Assembly: GCA_963793485.1 (NCBI GenBank) | Contig: CAWCAB010000002.1 | Coordinates: forward strand, 332,787-396,786 | Origin: an uncultured Bacteroidota bacterium | GTDB lineage: Bacteria; Bacteroidota; Bacteroidia; Bacteroidales; B18-G4 | Direction: 5' to 3' | Length of the DNA: 64,000 nt | Part shown: one piece after another, positions 27,426 through 36,152 of the stretch | How positions within the stretch are numbered: position 1 is the first letter of the stretch | How the letters are laid out: each line of letters opens with the position of its first letter | Program-made: the position numbers and the translations under genes | Notes under the pieces: generated by a model | Database searches by the model: none | Told to the model about the DNA's origin: nothing | Seen by the model: only the letters and a program-made list of their open reading frames with translations

Positions 27426-28469
27426 TTATTCCTTCACCACCTTCCCCACTTTCATCACACCAGTATCATCCATCACTTTTATAAAATAAACTCCTCGTGG
27501 CAACACTGACACATCAACAACCGTTTGTCGTTCCGTTATGGGTTGTGTGATGAGTTGTTGACCATTTAGGTTACAGATGGTCAGAGTTGTGTTTTTATTC
27601 GGTGTGGTGGGTAATTCAATGGTTATCTGGGTTGATGAGGGGTTGGGGTAAATTAATAGCCTATTGTTTTGGCTCAATTCATCCACAGATGCATTTTCGC
27701 AAGCCACTTCAATTTCTTCTTGGCTGTTGCAACCAGTAGCATTGTCATTAATATATGGTACTGTATTGGGATTTAACAAATAATCACATATGCTTTCTAT
27801 TTCACACATAGACAAAGAATGATTCTCACTTATAGAAAGTGTGTCTATTGAGCTAGCATCAATATTGGATAAACCAGATATATTTTCAAGTGAATTATTT
27901 TGCCATAAATAGATGCCTCCATCAACTGAATTTACATTAATCAGTTCTGAAATGTTAGTTAAAGAGCTATTTCCAAAAACACCTAAACCTCCTTCAATTG
28001 ACATTATATTATTCATACCCGACAATGTTTCCAAGTTATCATTGCCAATTGAAAATACTTCCATACCATTGAACAGAATTATGCCAATACCTAAACTTTC
28101 ACCAATATGTTTTAAATTGTTTAATCCGTTTAAATTGGTTAATTCGTTATTACCATATATGGAAACTTGCCCAATAATAGTATCAATATTTTCAAGCCCA
28201 GACAAACTATACAATGAATAGTTATGCATAATTCCCAAATCGCCGCTAATCAATGTTAATGAATATAAACTATCAAGATTTGAAATTTCATTGCTTGGGT
28301 AAAGTCCAATTAGAAGAGACCCTTCTATTTCGGTACAATTCGGATAGTTAATCTGAAAACTATCTATCTGGGCTTGTGTCTCAAATGTAATTCCCTCTGG
28401 CAAGCAAGGTTGTGCCATTACACCGCCTGATACAAGCAATCCAAACAATAAAATGTAAAGTGTTTTCAT
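27426..28469 (-). CDS. Secreted leucine-rich-repeat-like protein with T9SS C-terminal sorting domain
   Basis: Signal peptide. Repeated ...L.NL..L..I.G.L.I..N..L.sL.GL.N... units. C-terminus LLIYPNPSSTQITIEL...RGVYFIKVMDDTGVMKVGKVVKE. Confidence 0.6.
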   Translation of the reverse strand: MKTLYILLFGLLVSGGVMAQPCLPEGITFETQAQIDSFQINYPNCTEIEGSLLIGLYPSNEISNLDSLYSLTLISGDLGIMHNYSLYSLSGLENIDTIIGQVSIYGNNELTNLNGLNNLKHIGESLGIGIILFNGMEVFSIGNDNLETLSGMNNIMSIEGGLGVFGNSSLTNISELINVNSVDGGIYLWQNNSLENISGLSNIDASSIDTLSISENHSLSMCEIESICDYLLNPNTVPYINDNATGCNSQEEIEVACENASVDELSQNNRLLIYPNPSSTQITIELPTTPNKNTTLTICNLNGQQLITQPITERQTVVDVSVLPRGVYFIKVMDDTGVMKVGKVVKE

Positions 28470-28736
28470 AGCAGTAATTTTTTATCGAAGTTAAATAGCT
28501 ATGATGATTACTACTATAAGATATGTAACAAATACTATAACTGATGTAACATTTTCTGAATACCCGACTATCCAAATATGGATGATTTGCTTTTATTCAC
28601 CGATAAATATACAAAATGGGAGCAATGAAGTCAAATGTACAGCTAGAACCTAACAAGCCTCTAATTAAATTGAAATAATTACCTCTCTTTAAATCACAAC
28701 ACAGAGGCTACACTTGAAATACCTATCTAAATTCAT

Positions 28737-28744
28737 TATATTTG
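28737..28744 (+). promoter_or_regulatory. Candidate Bacteroidota -7 promoter box (TATATTTG = TAnnTTTG)
   Basis: Exact match to TAnnTTTG, 49 nt upstream of the ompA-family start. A TTG lies ~21 nt further upstream (28714-28716). Confidence 0.3.
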
Positions 28745-28792
28745 TTATCCACCTTATCACCTCAGAGCCAATAATAAACAAATGATAAAGCC

Positions 28793-30040
28793 ATGAAAAC
28801 AATCGTATCCATTTGCATCGTGATCATCTTTTCGCTGAGTTTCTCGAATGTTTCCGAAGCACAGATCAAGAACCCTTTTAAGAAAGTACAAAGAGAGGCG
28901 GAGAAGAAGGCCAACAAGGAAATAGATAAAGGAATAGAGAACGCCATGGATCCCGAGCAAGCCGAAAAAGAAAAACAAGAAAAAGAAAAGCAGCAGCAAG
29001 CACAGGATAAGGATCAAGAACAAGATCAGAATCAGGAAGCTGATAAAACAAATGAAGATCAAGATGATAAAAATGCCCCGCCGGAGCTAATTTGGGCCAG
29101 CTACGATTTTGTTCCCGGTGATGAAGTATTTTTTGAAGATGATCTGGCAGGTGAGGAAAATGGTGAGTTCCCTTCGAGATGGGATATCTATTCCGGTAAT
29201 GTTGAAAACGCTCAGCTCGGAGGCGAAAATGTCATCATGTTCAGGGAAAATTCATTTATCGTACCATTCCTTGAAAACCCGGAAACGGCCTATCTTCCTG
29301 AGGTATTCACCTTTGAATTCGATTGCTATTTTAATAAAGGGGAAACACACCATCATTGTAATGTTCTCTTCTACGACAAGCTGAACCAGCGTCCACCGGG
29401 TATTTCAGAGTTGGCTGTTTACGTGAACAGGGCTTCGATGGGAACTTTTGAAGGAAAATACCCAAGTTCCGGAAAGATACAAAAGGATGAAGGATGGCGA
29501 CATGTGGCCATTTCCTTCAACAAGCGCTCTATGAAAATCTACATCGATGATTCCAGGGTAATAAATATCCCTAACCTGAAAATTAAACCTATTGGGATAT
29601 CGATCTGGGGTATGTATAATCATTATACAGATAAATTCAGCTATATTAAAAATATCCGGCTTGCCAAAGGCGGTACCAAGCTTTACGATCGTATGATGCA
29701 GGATGGAAAGATTGTGGCTACAGGGGTTCGTTTCGATGTTGGAAAAGCTACACTCAAACCTGAATCCATGGGGATCATAAATACCATTGCTAAAATGATG
29801 AATGAGCATCCTGAATTAAACCTTAGCATCGAAGGCCATACCGACAGTGATGGTGATACCGATGCCAATCAGAAGCTTTCTGAAGCGCGTGCCAAAACAG
29901 TGATGGATCAACTTGTCAGCATGGGCATATCTGCTGACCGGATGAGTACCAAGGGTTTCGGGGAATCCAATCCTGCCGGGCCTAATAATACATCGGAAGG
30001 AAAGGCAAATAACAGGCGTGTTGAATTTGTCAGGATCTGA
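28793..30040 (+). CDS. OmpA-family protein (signal peptide, acidic E/K/Q/D-rich linker, central domain, C-terminal OmpA peptidoglycan-binding domain)
   Basis: C-terminus RFDVGKATLKPES...LSIEGHTDSDGDTDANQKLSEARAKTV...NNRRVEFVRI is a canonical OmpA_C-like domain. Confidence 0.8.
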   Translation: MKTIVSICIVIIFSLSFSNVSEAQIKNPFKKVQREAEKKANKEIDKGIENAMDPEQAEKEKQEKEKQQQAQDKDQEQDQNQEADKTNEDQDDKNAPPELIWASYDFVPGDEVFFEDDLAGEENGEFPSRWDIYSGNVENAQLGGENVIMFRENSFIVPFLENPETAYLPEVFTFEFDCYFNKGETHHHCNVLFYDKLNQRPPGISELAVYVNRASMGTFEGKYPSSGKIQKDEGWRHVAISFNKRSMKIYIDDSRVINIPNLKIKPIGISIWGMYNHYTDKFSYIKNIRLAKGGTKLYDRMMQDGKIVATGVRFDVGKATLKPESMGIINTIAKMMNEHPELNLSIEGHTDSDGDTDANQKLSEARAKTVMDQLVSMGISADRMSTKGFGESNPAGPNNTSEGKANNRRVEFVRI

Positions 30041-30144
30041 GCCCAATCAAACGGATATACTTCTCTGCATATTTGACTTTGTCATCAAAATAGGCTACTT
30101 TTATTATAGAATAATTAGTTATAAACCCCTAAACCACAATTTTT

Positions 30145-30924
30145 ATGAAAAAACTCTACTACCTCTTACTTTTTGTACCGGTCATTGCTCTGCTTATTGC
30201 ATTTACCAGTGGCCCCTCAGCCGGATATAGCGGTTCACCATTAGATGGAGCCGATTGTACTGATTGTCATGCTCCGGGTCCCGCGACAATAGTTAATGGA
30301 TGGATCACCAGCAACATTCCTCCCATTGGATATACGCCCGGCGATACTTACACTATCCTACTCAGTACTCCCGGTGCAAATACATCCAAAATGGGATTTC
30401 AGATCACCGCCGAAACCCCGGCAGCAAAAGCAGGATCCTGGATCATAACAAATTCATCGCGAACCCAACTTAAGGGTGCTGCTGCTGTCACACATACTGC
30501 AGCCGGAACAGATCCAATGGGAACACCCAACACCTGGACCATGGACTGGGTAGCTCCACCGGCCGGGACAGGAACTTTAAACTTTTTTGCTGCTGTAAAT
30601 GCCTCTAATGCAGATGGAACTAACGGAGGCGACTTAATTTATAAAACACAGCTGACGGTGAATGAATCTAATGTGGGCATTGCCGAGCATTTCGAAACCC
30701 TGGTTGGCAATATATATCCAAACCCGGCAAGTGCTTTGATCAGCCTTGAAGCACCACTTAATGCGGAAGTAAATGTTTTCGACAACATGGGACGCAAACT
30801 GATGTCGGCAACAGCACAAAGTGAAAAGCTGAATATAGATATTTCATCCCTCGAAATGGGTGTTTATTATGTGAACATTAGCCTCGACGGACAATACGCA
30901 ACCAGGAGTTTTGTAAAAAGATAA
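30145..30924 (+). CDS. Secreted protein with a single CxxCH motif and T9SS C-terminal sorting domain
   Basis: Signal peptide, GYSGSPLDGADCTDCHAPG near the mature N-terminus, and C-terminus IYPNPASALISLEA...MGVYYVNISLDGQYATRSFVKR. Confidence 0.55.
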   Translation: MKKLYYLLLFVPVIALLIAFTSGPSAGYSGSPLDGADCTDCHAPGPATIVNGWITSNIPPIGYTPGDTYTILLSTPGANTSKMGFQITAETPAAKAGSWIITNSSRTQLKGAAAVTHTAAGTDPMGTPNTWTMDWVAPPAGTGTLNFFAAVNASNADGTNGGDLIYKTQLTVNESNVGIAEHFETLVGNIYPNPASALISLEAPLNAEVNVFDNMGRKLMSATAQSEKLNIDISSLEMGVYYVNISLDGQYATRSFVKR

Positions 30925-30942
30925 ATATGATTGATCAGTACT

Positions 30943-32235
30943 TTAGCTGATCAGGATCTTTTGCGAATATTGAATTCCACTTCCCCGGAGGTGCAGTATG
31001 TAAATACCTGCCGGGAGAGCAGATGGTATTTTTATTTGTGTGCTTCCTTTTTCGATGCCGAGAAATCCTTCTAAACAGGTATTGCCTGATTCATCTAAAA
31101 GGCTATAAGAAGTATAATTATGATCGCCTTTGATCATAATGTGATCTTTTGCAGGGTTTGGAAATACAATCACTTTATCCCTTTCCGGGTCCTCCGGCAG
31201 GCCTGTTTCCAGGATGACCAGTGTATCCGAATAAACATCTTCTATCTGGCAGGGAAAATCTGACACCAGGGTCACTACATATGTTCCTGCCCCGGGATAT
31301 TCATGGCTTGGATTTTCGAGTGTAGAAGTATTTAAAGATCCTGAAAGGGGATCACCAAAGTTCCAGAAGTATTCTGATGCGTTTACAGAGGTGTTTATGA
31401 AGTCTGCTTTGTATGCTTCAACATTGAAGGTAAAAGAAGCCTCAACCGGATCAGGATGATAGATATTCCATTGCCCAGGGTTGTCGAGGACGGTTATGGT
31501 GGCAACTTGCTGCAGGTAAGCGGCATCATCCAGACTTAGCCCTGCAGTATATTCCAGGCCATGAGGGCTTTTATTCAGTATAGCAGCATAAAAGGTGCAT
31601 GCTGCCAGATAAGATCCGGCCAGGCTCGGATGTGATTGGTCTGCAGTATACAATTCAATAGGGTCGCCATTTGCGATGGAATTCGACCATGACATCCCCA
31701 CCGGGGAGCAAAAAGCCATATTGTCGATTGTCATTTTCATATAGGCAGACTCAAGAGAATCCTGCATATGGAAATAATCCATGAAAACCGGACTGCAATA
31801 ACCCCCTATGCACTGCTGCCCACCATTCTTCCTGCCCCAGGTCATATAAAACATCGTAGTTCCACATGGGTTATTGACACGAATAAGCTTGTTGAGCGAG
31901 TCGGCAGAAGGGAAAGTGTAGTTGTCACGATAATGAGGTATCGTTGGGAACTGGCTTTGCTCCTGAAGGATAACATAATCCCAGATTCCCTCCTTGATCA
32001 GTGCAATTGATGCGTTATTTTCAAGATGCTGTGAAAGCGAGTAGCCCCCAATAACACTCCTGTCAACATAAATTGAATCTCCCCCTGACAGGGCCAGTTG
32101 TTGTAAGATATTGGGAAGATTGTTGACCCCGGTATAGCTATTACCAAGAAAAGCCACGTTGAGCACCTGGGCACTGATAAGCGTGCTTAAAGAAATACCA
32201 AGGATTGATAAAATGATCTTCAATCGATATGGCAT
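30943..32235 (-). CDS. Secreted SGNH/DUF4886-like domain + PKD domain + T9SS sorting domain protein
   Basis: N-terminal VAFLGNSYT (SGNH block-I-like). PKD-like ...YFWNFGDPLSG...HEYPGAGTYVVTLV. C-terminus VFPNPAKDHIMIKG...AGIYILHLRGSGIQYSQKILIS. Confidence 0.55.
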   Translation of the reverse strand: MPYRLKIILSILGISLSTLISAQVLNVAFLGNSYTGVNNLPNILQQLALSGGDSIYVDRSVIGGYSLSQHLENNASIALIKEGIWDYVILQEQSQFPTIPHYRDNYTFPSADSLNKLIRVNNPCGTTMFYMTWGRKNGGQQCIGGYCSPVFMDYFHMQDSLESAYMKMTIDNMAFCSPVGMSWSNSIANGDPIELYTADQSHPSLAGSYLAACTFYAAILNKSPHGLEYTAGLSLDDAAYLQQVATITVLDNPGQWNIYHPDPVEASFTFNVEAYKADFINTSVNASEYFWNFGDPLSGSLNTSTLENPSHEYPGAGTYVVTLVSDFPCQIEDVYSDTLVILETGLPEDPERDKVIVFPNPAKDHIMIKGDHNYTSYSLLDESGNTCLEGFLGIEKGSTQIKIPSALPAGIYILHLRGSGIQYSQKILIS

Positions 32236-32238
32236 GAG

Positions 32239-34383
32239 CTAAAGATGGTCTATGAAATACTTCGCCATCTTGGCATTCAGGTGGACACGATCCATACCTC
32301 CAACACCATGGCCGTGGCCGGGATAAACAAAATAATCAACTTGCTTCCCTTCTTTTATAAATTTCTTGATCAAAGTAAGCGTGTGCTGCCAGACTACCAC
32401 CGGATCATGGGTGCCATGAATGATCAGCAGGTCGCCCTTGAGCTTATCGGCATGGGTCAGGAGGCTTGCTTCCTCATAGCCTTCGGGGTTTTGCTCAGGA
32501 GTATCCATATAGCGCTCACCGTACATGATCTCGTAATATTTCCAGTCGGTGACCGGGCCGCCACAAACGCCCACTTTAAAGTCATCAGCCTTCTTCAGCA
32601 TAAGGGAGATGGTCATAAAACCACCATAACTCCAACCATTTACTCCTATCCTTTCGGCATCTACATATGGCAGTGACTTCAGGTAATGAATACCATCGGC
32701 CTGGTCTTCCACTTCTATGCTGCCCATGGTCCTGTGTACAGCCTGCTCGAAATCGCGGCCACGATGAGCAGATCCACGGTTATCCAATGTAAAAATGATA
32801 TAGCCTTCCTGTGCCATATAATAGAGGAAAAGGGAAGCTCCACCCATCCAGGAATTGGTGACCAGTTGAGCATGCGGACCGCCATAAACATATACAATGA
32901 CAGGGTATTTCTTTGCAGGATCAAAATCCGGTGGGGTGATCATGCGGCAATAAAGTTCAGTTCCGTCACTGGCATCCATGCTGAAGATATTCATCTTGCC
33001 AAGTTCATATTCAGCAAGGGGATTCGCATTTTCCTGCAATACCTGCTGAAGTTTGCCCTTCGTACTAATGATTGAATATTCCCTTGAAATTGTAGTATCA
33101 CTGAAGATGTCAATATAATATTTGCCATTCTTGCTGAGCATTGCATAATGCGTCCCATTCTTTTCACTGATCTTTGTGATCTCTCCGGATTTCAATTCTA
33201 CTGCATAGACATCCGTGTTTAACGGGCTTTCTTTGGTGGCCGTGAAATAGGCATATTTATCTTTGGGCCCCAATCCTAAGAAATTGCGAACGACCCACTC
33301 CCCGGAAGTCAGTTGCCTCACCATTTCCCCATTGGTATTGAAGAGGTAAAGGTGTCTGTAACCATCCCTCTCGCTGATCCAAATGAATTCTTCAGGATTG
33401 TTCTTCAAAAACACCAGGTCATCTTCCGGTTCAACGTACTTTTCACTCTTTTCTTCGAAGAGGGTCTTGACGAAGTTTCCTGTGCGAACGTCATACTGGT
33501 TCATCTTCATATGGTTCTGGTCGCGGTTCAGCACTGCGATATAAACATACTGATCATGAGGCCCCCAGCTGACGCAGGTCAGGTACTGATCGGCAGGTGT
33601 ACCGGTTTTCAGGAATTTCGTTTTACCGGAGCCAACATCATAGATGCCCAGGGTTACCTCATGGCTGGTCATCCCGGCCATGGGATACTTGATGTTTTCG
33701 ACTTCAGCCACCCTGGCGTCCACATCCACCATGGGATAGTCGCTCACCATGGTTTCGTCTTTCCTGTAATAAGCCAGGTAGTTACCATGTGGCGACCAGA
33801 AGGTGCCCCCACTGATCCCAAACTCATTGCGGTGTACCGTCTGCCCATTTACAATACCGGGATTTTCATCATTGCTTACCTGGATCTGCCGGCCTTCGAA
33901 AGCAATATACAGGTTATTATCAATGGTATATGCTATGGCATAAGTATTCTCCTGAAAGTCAGTATTTCGAGCTTCTTCCGGGTAATCGTTCAACTCTCGG
34001 ATCTGGTTTGAGCTGATGTTATAGATATAAACCTTATTAGCTGCTGTAAAGTAGCCCGACTTTTCATCCATCCAGGTGAATGAGGGTAATCTTCTAAGCG
34101 TATCTTCTTCAATTTTCTTGAGACTGTTATTGATATCATCCAAACCAAACAAACGGAAAGGCTTTGCTGTACTTGCTTTTGAGGCCATCATTTCATTATC
34201 CTCTGTGAAGGAAAACATGTCACTTTTTCCCATCCACTTTAGTCCACGTATAGACTCAGGCATGATACTCCGGTTCATATAGGAAGCATCCTCTATGGTA
34301 AGTTTCTTATCCTGTGCATGGAGGACAAATGGAATTAAGAAGGCCGCTGTGAGCAGCGCAAGGCTGAATTTTTTCATGATCAT
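32239..34383 (-). CDS. S9-family dipeptidyl peptidase IV
   Basis: DPP4 N-terminal propeller and C-terminal catalytic domain with GWSYGGF, plus later D and H (HGTHDPVV..., GHGHG). Start assigned to MIMKKFSLALL... (signal peptide), not the upstream in-frame ATG. Confidence 0.85.
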   Translation of the reverse strand: MIMKKFSLALLTAAFLIPFVLHAQDKKLTIEDASYMNRSIMPESIRGLKWMGKSDMFSFTEDNEMMASKASTAKPFRLFGLDDINNSLKKIEEDTLRRLPSFTWMDEKSGYFTAANKVYIYNISSNQIRELNDYPEEARNTDFQENTYAIAYTIDNNLYIAFEGRQIQVSNDENPGIVNGQTVHRNEFGISGGTFWSPHGNYLAYYRKDETMVSDYPMVDVDARVAEVENIKYPMAGMTSHEVTLGIYDVGSGKTKFLKTGTPADQYLTCVSWGPHDQYVYIAVLNRDQNHMKMNQYDVRTGNFVKTLFEEKSEKYVEPEDDLVFLKNNPEEFIWISERDGYRHLYLFNTNGEMVRQLTSGEWVVRNFLGLGPKDKYAYFTATKESPLNTDVYAVELKSGEITKISEKNGTHYAMLSKNGKYYIDIFSDTTISREYSIISTKGKLQQVLQENANPLAEYELGKMNIFSMDASDGTELYCRMITPPDFDPAKKYPVIVYVYGGPHAQLVTNSWMGGASLFLYYMAQEGYIIFTLDNRGSAHRGRDFEQAVHRTMGSIEVEDQADGIHYLKSLPYVDAERIGVNGWSYGGFMTISLMLKKADDFKVGVCGGPVTDWKYYEIMYGERYMDTPEQNPEGYEEASLLTHADKLKGDLLIIHGTHDPVVVWQHTLTLIKKFIKEGKQVDYFVYPGHGHGVGGMDRVHLNAKMAKYFIDHL

Positions 34384-34504
34384 AAGCTTATTAAATGAGG
34401 GGGCAAGATACAAATTATCAGCATGAATCAGGTAAGGGATTTCACGGATAAAAAATGCCGAGTGATGAGTGCCGAGTGCCGAATGCCGCATACCGCGCAC
34501 CCTC

Positions 34505-35251
34505 CTACACTGATTTCACTGCAGCGGATATCTCCTTGATCAGTTGCACATCTTTTTCAATGGCAGTTCCTACCACCACCATATCGGCACCTGCGCGGCT
34601 GATCTCATGGGCTATTTCCGGATTACTGATCCCACCCCCGACGATCAGAGGTATGCTTATCTGCCCTCTTACTCTCTGGATCATGCTCACGGGAACCGGA
34701 TGTACGGCACCGCTGCCCGCATCCATATAGATCAGTTTCATGCCCAGCATCTCCCCTGCCATGGCTGTACACATGGCAATGTCGTCTTTCTCACGCGGTA
34801 TAGGTGTAGTGTTGCTCATATAGAGTGCGGTCGTGGAATTGCCACTTTCGATAAGCATGTAACCGGTAGGTATAACCTCCAGTCCGCTGGCACGGATATA
34901 GGGTGCAGCTACAACCTGTTTCCCGATCAAAAGTTCAGGGTTCCTGCCGGAGATAAGCGAAAGCAGAAGTATGGCATCTGCCTGCCCGTTGACCTGCATT
35001 TCACTGCCGGGAAAGATGGTCACTGGAAGCTGTGTTTCTTTCTTGATCAGGCGGATGCATTTATCCAGATTGTCATTGATCAACAGGCTTCCACCGACGA
35101 AAATATGATCTACCGCCGACTCATTGGCCAGTGACACCAGCTTACTCAGCACATTGTTTTCACATTGTTCCGGATCCACCAGCACGGCAAACTGCTTTTC
35201 TTTCCTCTCTGAAATCAATCTGTAAATATCCATGGCCATGATAATTGGCAA
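34505..35251 (-). CDS. pcrB: Geranylgeranylglyceryl/heptaprenylglyceryl phosphate synthase family protein (PcrB/GGGPS)
   Basis: FAVLVDPE..., IFVGGS..., TIFPGS..., IYMDAGSGA..., PLIVGGGISNPE... and GADMVVVGTAIE follow the TIM-barrel GGGPS/PcrB motif order. Confidence 0.78.
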   Translation of the reverse strand: MPIIMAMDIYRLISERKEKQFAVLVDPEQCENNVLSKLVSLANESAVDHIFVGGSLLINDNLDKCIRLIKKETQLPVTIFPGSEMQVNGQADAILLLSLISGRNPELLIGKQVVAAPYIRASGLEVIPTGYMLIESGNSTTALYMSNTTPIPREKDDIAMCTAMAGEMLGMKLIYMDAGSGAVHPVPVSMIQRVRGQISIPLIVGGGISNPEIAHEISRAGADMVVVGTAIEKDVQLIKEISAAVKSV

Positions 35252-35304
35252 ATATACAAAAATGAATCCTCCCCGGATAAGCGGAGTTCCTGTTTAATAA
35301 AAGC

Positions 35305-35955
35305 TTAAAAATCAGACGAATCTATAGCAAAGACCAGAAAATAGTCCTCCACCTTTTCAGCATGCATATGATAATGATGCTCTCTTCCCCCTGACATGAT
35401 CATTCCCTTGAAAACCCCTTCGTGGCCGTCAGGGGCATGCAAAACCCGGATATGCTCACGGAAGTCGAGCTCACGTTCTCCATATAACTTGTACAGGGCT
35501 TCCTTGGCACACCAGTGGAGGCAAAGATTTTCAGTGGAAAGATCATGGCTGGCATCTCCCCCTTCCTCAGGGCTCATAAATTTTTCAGCCACTCTGTGCA
35601 GTCGTGGATGCACCTGTTCTATATCAATCCCAACCTGGTGTTTCTTACTGATGATCACAGTGGCAAATTTCCCGGAATGGGATACCGAGATATGGTCATC
35701 GGAAAGATCCAGAAAGGGTTTGCTGTGCGGATTATACTTTACCCTGAGCTGCGTTCCTTTGCCCACAATATTTTTCAAAATATAACGGTATGCCAGCCAG
35801 TGCACCCTGCGCTGATCTGTCCTGAATCCATTATATTTTTCAAGCTCATCTTCATCCAGGTGAAGGCCCGATAAAAACCACTCCGGTGATTCTTCAATCT
35901 CCCAGATCACCAGGCGTGAATGATCGCTTAAGTCCTTATTTGTGTGCAAAGGCAT
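35305..35955 (-). CDS. 4'-phosphopantetheinyl transferase (Sfp-type)
   Basis: GIDIEQV and WCAKEALYK motifs. ATG 35955 is preferred over TTG 35970. Confidence 0.75.
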   Translation of the reverse strand: MPLHTNKDLSDHSRLVIWEIEESPEWFLSGLHLDEDELEKYNGFRTDQRRVHWLAYRYILKNIVGKGTQLRVKYNPHSKPFLDLSDDHISVSHSGKFATVIISKKHQVGIDIEQVHPRLHRVAEKFMSPEEGGDASHDLSTENLCLHWCAKEALYKLYGERELDFREHIRVLHAPDGHEGVFKGMIMSGGREHHYHMHAEKVEDYFLVFAIDSSDF

Positions 35956-35974
35956 AGTGCAAAGATACAAACTA

Positions 35975-36002
35975 GTGTTGGGTGTTGGATGTTGGGTGTT
36001 GA
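35975..36002. repeat. Heptanucleotide tandem repeat (GTGTTGG)x4, imperfect
   Basis: gtgttgg gtgttgg atgttgg gtgttga, read directly. It lies in the divergent intergenic region between the PPTase gene and ahcY. Confidence 0.8.
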
Positions 36003-36039
36003 ATTAGTTTTTAAATTTTGAGTTGCAAACTATTCACTT

Positions 36040-36082
36040 CACTTAGGAACTAGCAACTAGGCACTAGGAACTAGGCACTAAA
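36040..36082. repeat. Heptanucleotide tandem repeat (MACTAGG)x5-6, imperfect
   Basis: cacttagg aactagc aactagg cactagg aactagg cactaaa, read directly. It is followed by the small palindrome GGCACtaaatGTGCC. Confidence 0.8.
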
Positions 36083-36122
36083 TGTGCCATAGACCTTGCT
36101 AGGCTTTTTATCGAAAAATGTC

Positions 36123-36130
36123 TACTTTTG
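36123..36130 (+). promoter_or_regulatory. Candidate Bacteroidota -7 promoter box (TACTTTTG = TAnnTTTG)
   Basis: Exact TAnnTTTG match, 23 nt upstream of the first ahcY ATG. Confidence 0.35.
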
Positions 36131-36152
36131 CAATCCCAAAAAATGAAATTGT

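Noticed and set aside
27315-27509. 64-aa plus-strand ORF (MPTPQRSPQLISPYWETPNK...).
   Set aside because: It starts inside tandem-repeat unit 3 and runs antisense into the T9SS CTD of gene 27426..28469. The composition is low-complexity.
28757-29062. Minus-strand ORF with a striking LILILFLILIL / FFFLFFFF sequence.
   Set aside because: It is the reverse-frame shadow of the E/K/Q/D-rich low-complexity linker of the OmpA-family gene (28793..30040).
32245-34011. Plus-strand ORFs of 143, 129 and 232 aa (32245..32676, 32686..33075, 33313..34011).
   Set aside because: They lie entirely antisense to the well-supported DPP4 gene and have no recognisable motifs. They are typical shadow ORFs.
34544-35134. 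196-aa plus-strand ORF (and 34455..34730).
   Set aside because: It is antisense to the PcrB/GGGPS gene, with a His/Cys/Arg-rich composition typical of a reverse-frame artefact.
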